Below the pieces are notes generated by a model, which did no database searches, was not told where the DNA came from, and saw only the letters and a program-made list of their open reading frames with translations. A stretch of 64,000 nt of DNA from Candidatus Gottesmanbacteria bacterium GW2011_GWA2_43_14. GTDB taxonomy: Bacteria; Patescibacteriota; Microgenomatia; 2-02-FULL-39-11. Below, one piece after another: positions 8,096 to 17,899 of the stretch (position 1 is the stretch's first letter; the number at the start of each line of letters is the position of its first letter). Where the stretch lies: the NCBI GenBank assembly GCA_000999095.1, contig LCFP01000002.1, positions 69,736-133,735 of the forward strand, written 5' to 3'. The translations under genes were made by a program, and so were the position numbers.

Positions 8096-8219
8096 TAATC
8101 TTCAATATTGTGACAGGCCAAACCAACAACTGGTATTATTTTTATTTTACCCCTATACAGTCGGGGCTTGGTTTGATGCTTAGAAAATAACCTAATAACA
8201 ATAAATTATATACAACCAA

Positions 8220-8243
8220 CCCCGAAAGAATCGGGGTTTTTTT
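8220..8243 (+). terminator. Rho-independent terminator (CCCCGA-AAGAA-TCGGGG + T7) ending the thrS-rplT operon. Its T-run abuts the ATG of the DAHP synthase gene.
   Basis: A 6-bp GC stem followed by TTTTTTT (8237-8243), then ATG at 8244. Confidence 0.6.
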
Positions 8244-9257
8244 ATGATTATCGTTTTAAAAAATGATTTAAAGGAAGAAAACAGAAAAACACTCAGGCGT
8301 TTTCTGGTAGATTTGCGGGTGGAAGCAGTTCCTGTAACAACTATCACTCAGTCGCTTTTGGTTGTTGTCGGTAAATGCGGGGAACTGACCCGCGAAGAAA
8401 TCAGGAAACACTCTTCTGTTGCCCGTCTGATCGATGTTGACAGGCCGTACAAGCTGGCCTCGATCTCAAGTCTTAAAACCAAAACAAAATTCAAATTGGG
8501 CGAGAACATCACTATCGGCAACAAAAAAATCGTCATTATGGCGGGTCCCTGTTCGGTTGAATCCAAAGAGCAAATTCTGAATACCGCAGGCGAAATTAAA
8601 AAAACTGGCGCCCACATATTGCGGGGCGGAGCTTACAAACCGAGGACTGCGCCTTACGACTTCCAGGGATTGGGCAAGATTGGCTTGCGCTTCCTGAAAG
8701 ATGCCGCGGATAAGAACAATATGCCCGTTATCACCGAGGTCATGGATATCAGAGATATCGACACGATCGAAAGGTATACCGATGTTTTTCAGGTTGGCAC
8801 CCGCAATATGCAGAATTATCCGCTTCTAAAAGAATTGGGCAAACAGAAAAAGCCGGTCCTTCTAAAGCGCGGCATGTGGTCAACATATAAGGAGCTGCTT
8901 CTGGCGGCCGAATATATTCTGGTGGGAGGCAATGAAAATGTTATTTTATGCGAACGGGGAATCCGGACCCATGTGCCGGAAACCCGTTTTACTCTGGATC
9001 TCAATGCGGTGCCGTACCTGAAACATGAAACCCATTTGCCTGTTTTTGTCGATCCCAGTCATGGTACCGGCCGGGCAAGCTTGGTAAGAGCCATGAGCAG
9101 GGCGGCTGTAGCGGCCGGATGTGACGGGCTTCTTATAGAGGCTCATCTAGATCCCCGGCGTTCAGTCTCCGATGCCGACCAGGCCATATCCATGGTGGAG
9201 CTGGCTAAACTGATAAAAGAAGTCAGACTGGTAGCCAAAGCCGTTGACCGAATATGA
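8244..9257 (+). CDS. aroF: 3-deoxy-7-phosphoheptulonate (DAHP) synthase, type I-beta, with an N-terminal ferredoxin-like/ACT-like regulatory domain (Thermotoga type).
   Basis: Strong block-wise identity to Thermotoga-type DAHPS: MIIVLK..., IMAGPCSVES, LRGGAYKPRTAPYDFQGLG, LLKRGMWST, ILCERGIRT, VDPSHGTGR. Catalytic core of ~250 aa after an ~90-aa N-terminal extension. Confidence 0.88.
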   Translation: MIIVLKNDLKEENRKTLRRFLVDLRVEAVPVTTITQSLLVVVGKCGELTREEIRKHSSVARLIDVDRPYKLASISSLKTKTKFKLGENITIGNKKIVIMAGPCSVESKEQILNTAGEIKKTGAHILRGGAYKPRTAPYDFQGLGKIGLRFLKDAADKNNMPVITEVMDIRDIDTIERYTDVFQVGTRNMQNYPLLKELGKQKKPVLLKRGMWSTYKELLLAAEYILVGGNENVILCERGIRTHVPETRFTLDLNAVPYLKHETHLPVFVDPSHGTGRASLVRAMSRAAVAAGCDGLLIEAHLDPRRSVSDADQAISMVELAKLIKEVRLVAKAVDRI

Positions 9258-10087
9258 AAAAAATAAAGCAAATCTTCTATTTGGGCATAAAGGGATCAAA
9301 CAGCTTTTTGGCGGCAAGCCTTTCGGCTGGAAATAAGGTGAAATTATCCGGTCTGGCCAGTTTTGAAGAAATTTTCAGATCTGTTGAAAAAGAGAGTTCC
9401 GCCGCCGGAATCCTGCCATTGGAAAATTCTCTCAGCGGCAGCATATATGAAATTTATGATTTGCTGACGGATTCAAAAACCTTTATCACAGCTGAAACGG
9501 AAGTCAGGATCAATCATGCCTTGATGCAAAAAGAACGGACCGGTTTGCAAAAAATCCGGTACTGCCTGTCACACCCGGAGGTTTTCCGGCAGTGCCGCCG
9601 CTTTTTTTCGGACAATCCCTCAATTGAAACGGTACCTGTGGCGGATACCGCTTCAGCAGCCAAAATGCTCAAGGAGCTGGGTCCTGATACAGCTTGTGTG
9701 GCCAATCCGGCAGCTGCTGCCGTCAATAATTTGCGGATAAAAAAAGAACATCTTGAGGATAACAGGAATAATTATTCCAGATTCATAACTGTTGGCAGGA
9801 AACTGAAACAGCATGGAAATAAAATCAGTCTGATGTTCAACTTGAAACATGTGCCCGGTAGTCTATATAAAGCGCTGTCACCCTATGCACGGCTCGGATT
9901 AAATCTGACGAAAATCGAATCCAGGCCGATTCCGGGTAGGCTCTGGGAATATTTGTTTTATGTGGATTTTGAGCTTAACAATGGCAAACACGGGTTTGAC
10001 GAGATTATTACGGCCATGAAAATGTTAACAAAAAATTTAAAAGTCTTAGGCAGGTATGACAAATATGACAAAATTAAAAACAGCTGA
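9254..10087 (+). CDS. pheA: Prephenate dehydratase (PDT domain + C-terminal ACT domain)
   Basis: PDT motifs (GIKGSNSFLAA, ILPLENSLSGSIYEIYDLL) and ACT-domain motif ESRPIPGRLWEYLFYVDFE. ATGA start overlaps the upstream stop. Confidence 0.85.
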   Translation: MKKIKQIFYLGIKGSNSFLAASLSAGNKVKLSGLASFEEIFRSVEKESSAAGILPLENSLSGSIYEIYDLLTDSKTFITAETEVRINHALMQKERTGLQKIRYCLSHPEVFRQCRRFFSDNPSIETVPVADTASAAKMLKELGPDTACVANPAAAAVNNLRIKKEHLEDNRNNYSRFITVGRKLKQHGNKISLMFNLKHVPGSLYKALSPYARLGLNLTKIESRPIPGRLWEYLFYVDFELNNGKHGFDEIITAMKMLTKNLKVLGRYDKYDKIKNS

Positions 10088-10334
10088 ACTGCGAAAAGCT
10101 ATTGACCGGCTGGACAGCCGTCTGACCGGCCTGATTCAAAAAAGGATAGAACTGGCGGTCAAAATCGGCCGTCTGAAAAAGGAAAACGGCAAGCCAATCG
10201 AAGACAGAAAAAGGGAAAAACAGGTTCTGAGAAATTGGGAAAGCCGGGCTGTCAAACACGGCCTGGACAAAAGAATGGTCAAAAAAATTGCCCGCCTGTT
10301 GGTTGGGGCAGCCAAAACAAAGGAACAGTCATGA
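10056..10334 (+). CDS. Chorismate mutase (AroQ class, monofunctional)
   Basis: 92 aa, helical. LRKAIDRLDSRLTGLIQKRIELAVKIGRLK...EDRKREKQVL matches AroQ CM helix 1 and the catalytic Arg/Lys/Glu pattern. An alternative ATG lies at 10065. Confidence 0.7.
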   Translation: MTNMTKLKTAELRKAIDRLDSRLTGLIQKRIELAVKIGRLKKENGKPIEDRKREKQVLRNWESRAVKHGLDKRMVKKIARLLVGAAKTKEQS

Positions 10335-11371
10335 ATAAAATAATCATTGGCCAGGGACTATTGCCAGACCTGGACCGGCTGGTAAAGGGAAATCCGTATG
10401 ACGGATATCTTTTACTGACCGACAAACAGGTTTACGGCCTTTATGGAAAAAAAGTTGTCGGCTTATTGTCGAAAATTGCTCCGGTCAGAGTAAGTATTGC
10501 GGACGACGGAGAAAAAGCTAAAGACCTGAAAATATTGCCGGAATTGCTGGCTCCGTTTTTCGAAGGCAAATTGACCAGAAATTTTTGCCTGGTTTCACTC
10601 GGCGGGGGCTCGATTTCAGATATCGGCGGTTTTATCGCCGCCATTCTTTTGCGGGGTATTGCCCATCTCGTGATACCCACTACCTTATTAAGCATGGTTG
10701 ATGCGGCGATAGGCGGCAAAAACGGCCTGAATTTCAAACGCCGAGGCAGAATTTATAAAAACGCTGTCGGTACTTTCCGCCTACCTGATTTGGTCATTTG
10801 CGACATAAACCTGCTTCAGTCTCTTCCTGACAGGGAAGTCAGAAACGGTTTCGGCGAAATTATCAAATACCGACTGGCTTTCGGTAAACCCGAATTGAAC
10901 GGTGTTTCTGCCGCCGATTTTCAACAGCTTTCCAAACAGAAACTAACTTCTCTCATCCGGGAGTGTCAACAAATTAAAATGAAGATCGTTTCCCAAGATC
11001 CCTTGGACACCCGGGGACTCAGGGAAGCTCTGAATTTAGGCCATACTGTCGGTCATGCGGTGGAAGGTCTGTTTCCGGAGAAATTTTCCCATGGAGAAGC
11101 TGTCGCCCTGGGTCTTAGGTCTGCCGCTTTTATGAGTTGGGATAAAGGGCTTATTAATCACCATAAATATAACCAGATTGTTAAAATTATTGAAAAATGC
11201 GGATTGCAGCTAAAAATTCCGCGGGTGAGAACTGCGAAGATTAACGACCTGCTGGATAAAGATAAAAAAGGAGGAACTACGGTCTTGTTAAAAGACCTGG
11301 GTTTTGTAGTGACAAAACAAAAAACCGATCGCAAACTTATTTTAAAGGCAATCAGGGAAATCCAATCATGA
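10331..11371 (+). CDS. aroB: 3-dehydroquinate synthase
   Basis: Glycine-rich NAD-binding motif LGGGSISDIGGF, metal-binding HTVGHAVE and KNAVGTF motifs. The internal ATG at 10331 (ATGA-coupled to the CM stop) is preferred over the extended track ORF starting at 10235. Confidence 0.85.
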   Translation: MNKIIIGQGLLPDLDRLVKGNPYDGYLLLTDKQVYGLYGKKVVGLLSKIAPVRVSIADDGEKAKDLKILPELLAPFFEGKLTRNFCLVSLGGGSISDIGGFIAAILLRGIAHLVIPTTLLSMVDAAIGGKNGLNFKRRGRIYKNAVGTFRLPDLVICDINLLQSLPDREVRNGFGEIIKYRLAFGKPELNGVSAADFQQLSKQKLTSLIRECQQIKMKIVSQDPLDTRGLREALNLGHTVGHAVEGLFPEKFSHGEAVALGLRSAAFMSWDKGLINHHKYNQIVKIIEKCGLQLKIPRVRTAKINDLLDKDKKGGTTVLLKDLGFVVTKQKTDRKLILKAIREIQS

Positions 11372-11808
11372 AAATTTTAGTGATAAACGGACCCAATCTT
11401 AATCTGCTGGGACAAAGAGATCTGAAAATATACGGCCGTATAACTCTGGCACAAATTGAAGCAAAAATTACGAAAATGGCCGATAGGGCGCAAGTTAAGG
11501 TTCGTTTTTTCCAATCCAACCATGAAGGTGGTCTTATAGATTTTATCCAGGAAAATTTCAAAAAAGCAGACGGTATTCTGATCAATCCCGGAGCCTTGAC
11601 GCACTACGGATACAGCCTGCGCGACTGCCTCGAAGACAGCCGTCTTCCAGTTGTTGAAGTCCACCTGTCCAATACCGGGTCCAGGGAAGATTTCAGAAGG
11701 TTTGATGTCTTTGACGGTATCGTGGCGGCAAAAATTCAGGGACTTCGGGAAAAAAGTTATTTTGAAGGCTTTAAAAAATTAATCAAAATCATATCACCCC
11801 GGGGGTGA
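11368..11808 (+). CDS. aroQ: 3-dehydroquinate dehydratase, type II
   Basis: MKILVINGPNLNLLGQRD..IYG, HEGGLIDFIQE, INPGALTHYGYSLRD are canonical type II DHQase motifs. Confidence 0.9.
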   Translation: MKILVINGPNLNLLGQRDLKIYGRITLAQIEAKITKMADRAQVKVRFFQSNHEGGLIDFIQENFKKADGILINPGALTHYGYSLRDCLEDSRLPVVEVHLSNTGSREDFRRFDVFDGIVAAKIQGLREKSYFEGFKKLIKIISPRG

Positions 11809-11843
11809 TATAGCTAGACACCTCCGGGTGGTATTTATAAACT

Positions 11844-13130
11844 ATGAAAGTCATAATAACTCCATCGAAAATTTCGGGTACAGTTTCGGCGCCGTCGTCC
11901 AAATCATTAAGCCATCGTGCTTTGATTACGGCCTCACTGTCAGACGGAATATCAGAAATCGACAATCTGTCTGATTGCCGGGATGTGCTTTTGACGCTTG
12001 CCGGTTTGCAATCCCTGGGCGCCGGTATCATCCTTAAAAAAAAGCAGGTGAGGATTTCAACCGGCAGCCTGCTTAAGCCTGACAAACAGGTCCGCTGTAT
12101 TGACTGCGGAGATTCCGGCACTAGCGCCAGGTTTTTAACGGCAGTTGCCACAGTCTCCGGAAAAAAGATTTTAATTGACGGAAGCCGGCGCCTGAGAACA
12201 AGACCCATGGCTGAACTTATCAGGCTTTTGCGCTTAAATGGTGCTCATATTAAAGAAACACATAAAAACGGCCAACTGCCTCTGGAAATATATCCCGCCA
12301 AATTGACCGGCGGCAGTTTCCGGATCAACAGTGATGATTCCTCACAATTTATAAGTGCCATGCTGCTGATTGCCCCCTTAATGGAAAAAGCTCTGAGGCT
12401 AAACATCAATGGTAATCATTCCCGGCCATATATTGATATGACTGTTGAAACCATGGAGAAGTTCGGACTCAAAATCAAAACTCTGAAAAATAATTTGTCT
12501 GTTTCTGAAAACCAGCATTACCGGGCAAGAAAATTAACTCTGGAAGGGGATTATTCTGCCGCTGCATATTTTTTTGCTGCTGCCATGATGACACAATCCA
12601 CAGTGACGGTAAAGAATTTAAAAACCGCTTCTCTGCAGGCTGACAGGAGATTTTTATCAGTCGCTTCTGAAATGGGTGCCCATGTCAGAATTAAAAATAA
12701 GGGTACTGTTGAAATTTCAGGAAAAGAGAAAAAATATAGGGGTTTGAAAATTAATCTGGGCCAAAGCCCTGACCTGGTTCCGGTTGTGGCTGTTTTAGCG
12801 GGAAATACAACAGGCCCGATTGAAATTTATGACATCGCCCACCTAAGGCACAAAGAATCAGACCGGATAAAGTCACTGACTCACAATCTGACTATGATGG
12901 GTCTCAAGGTCAATACATCCGAAAGCAAATTAAAGGTCTTTCCGGGTTTATTACAGGCAGCCAGAATCGATGCCTTTGACGATCACCGCATCTGCATGGC
13001 ATTCACTGTGGCAGCTTTGGCAGCCGGCGGACAGACTGTAATTAAGGGAGCTGAATCGGTAAACAAATCGTATCCCGGATTTTTCGCGGATTTACTGAAA
13101 CTCGGAGCCAAAGTGAGGTTATCATCATGA
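11844..13130 (+). CDS. aroA: 3-phosphoshikimate 1-carboxyvinyltransferase (EPSP synthase)
   Basis: PSSKSLSHRALITASL, DCGDSGTSARFL, RPM..L...L motifs; 428 aa. Confidence 0.9.
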   Translation: MKVIITPSKISGTVSAPSSKSLSHRALITASLSDGISEIDNLSDCRDVLLTLAGLQSLGAGIILKKKQVRISTGSLLKPDKQVRCIDCGDSGTSARFLTAVATVSGKKILIDGSRRLRTRPMAELIRLLRLNGAHIKETHKNGQLPLEIYPAKLTGGSFRINSDDSSQFISAMLLIAPLMEKALRLNINGNHSRPYIDMTVETMEKFGLKIKTLKNNLSVSENQHYRARKLTLEGDYSAAAYFFAAAMMTQSTVTVKNLKTASLQADRRFLSVASEMGAHVRIKNKGTVEISGKEKKYRGLKINLGQSPDLVPVVAVLAGNTTGPIEIYDIAHLRHKESDRIKSLTHNLTMMGLKVNTSESKLKVFPGLLQAARIDAFDDHRICMAFTVAALAAGGQTVIKGAESVNKSYPGFFADLLKLGAKVRLSS

Positions 13131-13639
13131 ACCTGATCCTGATCGGCATGCGCGGCAGCGGCAAATCGACTGTTGCCAAAATTTTGTCCGAAACACTGAA
13201 CCTGAATCTGATTGATGTTGATAAACTGATCGAATTAAAGGCAAAAAAGAGTGCCTCAGATATAATTAAAACAAACGGTCTTGAATATTTCCGGGACCTT
13301 GAAAGTGAAATTGTTCAGAATCTGCCGGATAAAAATAAAAGCATTATCGCCACTGGCGGCGGAACCGTGGAGAGGGAAATCAATATGCAGGCATTAAAAA
13401 AAGACTCTCTCATTATTTATCTGAGAACAATGCCTGTGACTTCAGCAGGCAGGCTGGCAAACATTTGCGACCGGCCAGTTTTGACGGGTGCCGGCAGCAT
13501 GCGTGAGGATCTGGAGAATTTATACACAATAAGAAAAACTGTCTATGAAAAATGGGCTGACATCATTGTTGAAACAGACGGAAAATCTTTTAAAGAAGTT
13601 GCGGATTCAATATTAAGAGAATTGTTCGAAAAATTATGA
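13127..13639 (+). CDS. aroK: Shikimate kinase
   Basis: Walker A motif LIGMRGSGKSTVAKIL, 170 aa, GGG motif IATGGG. Confidence 0.85.
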   Translation: MNLILIGMRGSGKSTVAKILSETLNLNLIDVDKLIELKAKKSASDIIKTNGLEYFRDLESEIVQNLPDKNKSIIATGGGTVEREINMQALKKDSLIIYLRTMPVTSAGRLANICDRPVLTGAGSMREDLENLYTIRKTVYEKWADIIVETDGKSFKEVADSILRELFEKL

Positions 13640-14442
13640 TCAGTGCCAAAACAAAAGTCTGTTGCATAATCGGCAATCCGGTAGATCATTCACTTTCACC
13701 GCAAATGCATAATGCGGCCTTTAAGGCCTTGAGTCTGGATTACGTTTTCCTGGCTTTCAAGGTTGAAAATGCACTGAAGGCTCTTTCCGGATTCCGCAGC
13801 GTGGGCATGGAAGGTATAGTGGTCACCGTGCCACACAAACAGGCTATCATCAAATCTCTTGACAGCCTGGATGAGGCAGCCCGGAAAATAGGAGCGGTCA
13901 ATGCCATAAAAAACAGCCATGGTATTTTAAAGGGTACCAATACCGACTGGATAGGCGCTGTGAAATCACTGGAAGAAAAAACTATACTTACAGGTAAAAA
14001 AGTAGCACTTCTCGGAGCAGGAGGTGCGGCACGGGCGATTATCTACGGCCTGAAAAAAAAGCAGGCAGAAATAACTCTGTTCAACCGCACGCCTGAAAAA
14101 GCCGAAAGTCTGGCAAAGGAATTCGGTTTAGCCCGAACAGGCAGTCTTGACGATATAAATAAAATAAGGCAAAACGAAATTATTATAAACAGCACTTCAG
14201 TCGGCATGGAAGAAGATAAATCACCCATTCCCGCCGGAGCGGTTACAAATCAGCTGGTTTTTGATATTATCTATACTCCGCACAAGACCAGACTGATCAG
14301 GATTGCCCTGGAAAAGAAATGCCCTGTAGTCTATGGTTATAAAATGGTACTTTTCGGAGGCACGGAAATATTTAAATTTTTTACAGGACTGCAGGCGCCG
14401 CAAAAAATTATGGAAAAAGCGTTATTAAAAAATTTACATTAA
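13636..14442 (+). CDS. aroE: Shikimate dehydrogenase
   Basis: N-terminal GNPVDHSLSPQMHNAAF substrate-binding motif and Rossmann motif LLGAGGAARA. Confidence 0.85.
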   Translation: MISAKTKVCCIIGNPVDHSLSPQMHNAAFKALSLDYVFLAFKVENALKALSGFRSVGMEGIVVTVPHKQAIIKSLDSLDEAARKIGAVNAIKNSHGILKGTNTDWIGAVKSLEEKTILTGKKVALLGAGGAARAIIYGLKKKQAEITLFNRTPEKAESLAKEFGLARTGSLDDINKIRQNEIIINSTSVGMEEDKSPIPAGAVTNQLVFDIIYTPHKTRLIRIALEKKCPVVYGYKMVLFGGTEIFKFFTGLQAPQKIMEKALLKNLH

Positions 14443-14443
14443 T

Positions 14444-15577
14444 ATGTCATTAAGATTTTTAACCGCAGGGGAATCTCACGGACCGGCAATCACAGCCATT
14501 TTGGAAGGCATGCCGGCCGGCCTAAGCCTTGATACTGAAGAAATCCAAAAGGATTTGGATAAAAGAAGAGGCGGATCAGGCCGGGGCGGCCGGGGTTTGA
14601 TTGAAACCGACACTGTCGAAATATTGTCAGGCGTACTTTCAAATCTAACCATCGGCAGTCCCATCACTCTGCAGATAAAAAACCTCGATTTTGCCAATTG
14701 GCAGAATAAAAAATTAGCCGAAATTAAAAATCCCAGGCCCGGACATGCGGATTACGTTGGGTTTCTGAAATACGGGTTTTCCGATATCCGCAATGTCCTG
14801 GAAAGGGCAAGCGCGCGGGAAACTGCCGCCCGGGTAGCTGTCGGAGCCGTCTGCAGGAAGCTTTTAGCTGTTTTCGGCATGGCCATTGCCAGCCACACTA
14901 TTGCCATAGGTAAAGAAAAGTTATTCCGTCGAAATTATACATTTGCTGAAGTTGCTAAAGTCAGCAAAACCGATCCGGATACCCGCTGTATCGATGCACC
15001 GACCTCCGCCAAAATGAAAGCAGCCATACTTGTTGCGCTTAAAACTAAAAATACCCTGGGCGGGGTAGTGGAAATTTTGGCGGTAAATATTCCTCCTGGT
15101 TTGGGCAGTTACGTGCATTATGACCGGAAACTGGACGGTTTGTTTGCTCAATCTCTGATGAGCATACCTTCAGTCAAAGCTGTAGAAATCGGGACCGGCA
15201 TATCTTTAGCCCATGAACCGGGAAGCCTGGTTCACGATGAACTTTTCCTTCATGAAAATAAAATCAGCAGAAGGACTAATAATGCCGGCGGACTGGAGGG
15301 GGGAGTGACCAATGGCGAACAATTGATTCTGCGGGTTTTTCACAAACCGATCTCCACTTTGGGCAATCCCCTGAGAACAGTCAACGTTGAGACCAAAAAG
15401 GCATCTCCGGCCCTTATTGAACGGTCGGACATTTGCGTTGTGCCCCGTGCAGGCATAATTTCCGAATCCATGACTGCTTTTGTCTTAGCTTCCGCATTTT
15501 TGGAAAAATTTGGCGCTGACAGTTTAATTGACATTAAGGAAAGTTATGCGCAATATCTGGGAAGAATTAAAAAATAG
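14444..15577 (+). CDS. aroC: Chorismate synthase
   Basis: MSLRFLTAGESHGPA..., RRGGSGRGGRGLIETD, and the 377-aa length are canonical AroC signatures. Confidence 0.9.
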   Translation: MSLRFLTAGESHGPAITAILEGMPAGLSLDTEEIQKDLDKRRGGSGRGGRGLIETDTVEILSGVLSNLTIGSPITLQIKNLDFANWQNKKLAEIKNPRPGHADYVGFLKYGFSDIRNVLERASARETAARVAVGAVCRKLLAVFGMAIASHTIAIGKEKLFRRNYTFAEVAKVSKTDPDTRCIDAPTSAKMKAAILVALKTKNTLGGVVEILAVNIPPGLGSYVHYDRKLDGLFAQSLMSIPSVKAVEIGTGISLAHEPGSLVHDELFLHENKISRRTNNAGGLEGGVTNGEQLILRVFHKPISTLGNPLRTVNVETKKASPALIERSDICVVPRAGIISESMTAFVLASAFLEKFGADSLIDIKESYAQYLGRIKK

Positions 15578-15591
15578 TTTTACAAACTTTT

Positions 15592-16836
15592 ATGAAGCAG
15601 CATACTCACATTAATAAACATTCCGTACTGGCAACTTCGGCCGGGTATCGGGAAGTACCGGAAGCAGCTGAAAGACTGAAAAATACCAGCGTTTCCGTCA
15701 TCAAGGAAATGATGTACCTGGGTGCCATGGAAAAAGCCAAAGGCCGCGACATTGTTTCCCTGGGTGTAGGACTGCCATTTTATCCCGCACCCCAATTTAT
15801 CCATGAAGAAGTTGTTAAGGCTCTTAAATCAAAAAGAGACATCGATAAATATACCCTCCTGACCGGTTTGCCTGTACTTCGCCGGATTATAGCCGCACTT
15901 TCCGCTCAAATGCTGGGATTTGCAGTTACAGATGAAGAAATTCTGGTCACTCCCGGCAGCATGGCCGCTCTTTTTGATTCATTATTGGCTCTGGTTAATC
16001 CCGGAGATGAAGTCATACTTCCCTCTCCTTATTTCTCATCCAATGCAGAGCAGGTTTCACTCGCTTCCGGCAAGGTTGTACCGGTAGCTATGACAATCGA
16101 CGGGGAAAACGGCTACCGCCTGGATGTAGCTGCCATAAAAAAAGCCATAAGTAAAAAAACAAAAGCCATAATTCTCAATAATCCCCAAAATCCGACGGGT
16201 GCCGTCTTTCTCAAGGAAGATCTAATGGAATTGGCCGGAATATTAGCTGACACTTCTGTTTTTGTCATCACCGACGAAGTCTATGATTACCTTTTATTCG
16301 ACAATGCCGAGTACTTCAATATTGCCAAAGTGAAAGAACTCTGGCCGAGAGTTATCCGCTGCGCCTCACTCTCCAAAAAATACGGCATGATGGGCTGGAG
16401 GGTAGGCTACCTTCATACCAACAAAGACCTGCTGATGCAGATTCTGAAAATTCATGATGCCTCAATCGTTTGTGCCCCTCATATTTCCCAGGTCGCTGCC
16501 ATTGCCGCTTTGACCGGACCCCAGAAGGTAGTTGAACATCACCGGACCATGCTTGCCGAAAACCGTGAAGTTATCCTGAAAAGGTTGGATGCGCTTGCCA
16601 ATCTTTTTGATTATGTCAGGCCCCTGGGTACTTATTACGTATTTCCCGAATATAAGTTGAATTTATCCAGTATCGAAATGGCCAAAAAACTGCTATATGA
16701 AGCCGGTGTGGTTACTGTTCCCGGTATCGGTTTCGGCCGGCAGGGTGAGCACCATTTAAGACTGTCATACGGTTCCTCCATTGCTGATATCAATAGGGCT
16801 TTTGACCTCATAGAAAAATGGCTACGAAAAGAATAA
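15592..16836 (+). CDS. Class I/II pyridoxal-phosphate-dependent aminotransferase (aspartate/aromatic aminotransferase-like; probable phenylpyruvate transaminase in this operon context).
   Basis: PLP-lysine motif SLSKKYGMMGWRVGY, N-terminal VISLGVGLPFY, and NPQNPTG motif. Confidence 0.8.
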   Translation: MKQHTHINKHSVLATSAGYREVPEAAERLKNTSVSVIKEMMYLGAMEKAKGRDIVSLGVGLPFYPAPQFIHEEVVKALKSKRDIDKYTLLTGLPVLRRIIAALSAQMLGFAVTDEEILVTPGSMAALFDSLLALVNPGDEVILPSPYFSSNAEQVSLASGKVVPVAMTIDGENGYRLDVAAIKKAISKKTKAIILNNPQNPTGAVFLKEDLMELAGILADTSVFVITDEVYDYLLFDNAEYFNIAKVKELWPRVIRCASLSKKYGMMGWRVGYLHTNKDLLMQILKIHDASIVCAPHISQVAAIAALTGPQKVVEHHRTMLAENREVILKRLDALANLFDYVRPLGTYYVFPEYKLNLSSIEMAKKLLYEAGVVTVPGIGFGRQGEHHLRLSYGSSIADINRAFDLIEKWLRKE

Positions 16837-16846
16837 ACTGGAATAT

Positions 16847-17899
16847 ATGGACCAAAAACTGCAGCAACTCCGAAACAGTACAATTAAAGAAATATCGGGT
16901 ATAAAATCCCGTGTTGACTTGAACCGCCTTTATTTAAAAATTTTCGGTTCCTCCGGAGAGTTTACCTTACTTCTCAAATCTATCCCTGAATTGCCCAAGG
17001 AAGTCAGGCCGAAAATCGGAAAACTGGCTAATCAGGTGAAAAAGGAACTGGAACAGGCAATTCTGATAAAAGGCCGGGATTTGGAAAAAGGCCGGTTAAC
17101 GGAAAAAATGGATGTTACCTTTCCGGCTGTTTTGCCTCCCCTGGGACATTTGCATATCGTTACCAAGGCGATTGAGGAGATCGTGCTAATTTTTGAGAAA
17201 ATAGGCTTTAACAACAGGCATTACCGGGAAATTGAATGGGACTGGTATGCCTTTGAAAGCCTGAACATGCCGAAAAACCATCCGGCTCGCGATGATTTCG
17301 AGACTTTTTACATTGACGAACCTCCTTCACCTTCATTCGGACAGATGGTCCTGTCACCCCATACTTCCAGCGGACAGGTCAGGGAAATGGAGGCTTTAAA
17401 AAGCCGGCCGCCTGTCAGGATGATCAATATCGCCAAATGTTACCGCCCTAACTGGGATTTGACCCATACACCCATGTTCCATCAGTTTGAAGGGCTGGTC
17501 GTCGATAAGGGGATCAATATTACCCACCTCAAGGGAACCCTTGATTATTTCGCCAGGGAGTTTTTCGGCAGCGAAAGGAAAACCCGCCTGAGACCATTCC
17601 ACTTCCAGTTTACCGAACCCTCATTCGAGGTTGATATAAATTGCGGTATCTGTCTGGGCAAAGGCAAATTGGAAAACGGGGAAAACTGCAGGTTTTGTAA
17701 AAGCGGCTGGCTGGAATTGGGCGGCGCGGGCATGGTGCATCCCGAGGTGCTGAAGGCGGGTAAAATCAACAGCCAGGACTATACAGGATTTGCTTTCGGC
17801 TGGGGTATTGAACGGACTTATATGATGAAATCGGGGACCAGGCTTGATGATATCAGGCTTTTATACGGCAATGATATCAGATTTTTGGAGCAATTCTGA
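16847..17899 (+). CDS. pheS: Phenylalanyl-tRNA synthetase alpha subunit
   Basis: Class II motifs (FEGLVVDKGINITHLKGTL, RLRPFHFQFTEPSFEVD, GWLELGGAGMVHPEVL). Carries a Cys4 insertion (CGICLGKGK...CRFCKSGW). Confidence 0.9.
   Translation: MDQKLQQLRNSTIKEISGIKSRVDLNRLYLKIFGSSGEFTLLLKSIPELPKEVRPKIGKLANQVKKELEQAILIKGRDLEKGRLTEKMDVTFPAVLPPLGHLHIVTKAIEEIVLIFEKIGFNNRHYREIEWDWYAFESLNMPKNHPARDDFETFYIDEPPSPSFGQMVLSPHTSSGQVREMEALKSRPPVRMINIAKCYRPNWDLTHTPMFHQFEGLVVDKGINITHLKGTLDYFAREFFGSERKTRLRPFHFQFTEPSFEVDINCGICLGKGKLENGENCRFCKSGWLELGGAGMVHPEVLKAGKINSQDYTGFAFGWGIERTYMMKSGTRLDDIRLLYGNDIRFLEQF

Noticed and set aside
10235-10330. Extended N-terminus of the aroB ORF (track start 10235).
   Set aside because: It would overlap chorismate mutase out of frame by ~100 nt. 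The ATG at 10331 gives a canonical DHQ-synthase N-terminus and classic ATGA coupling.
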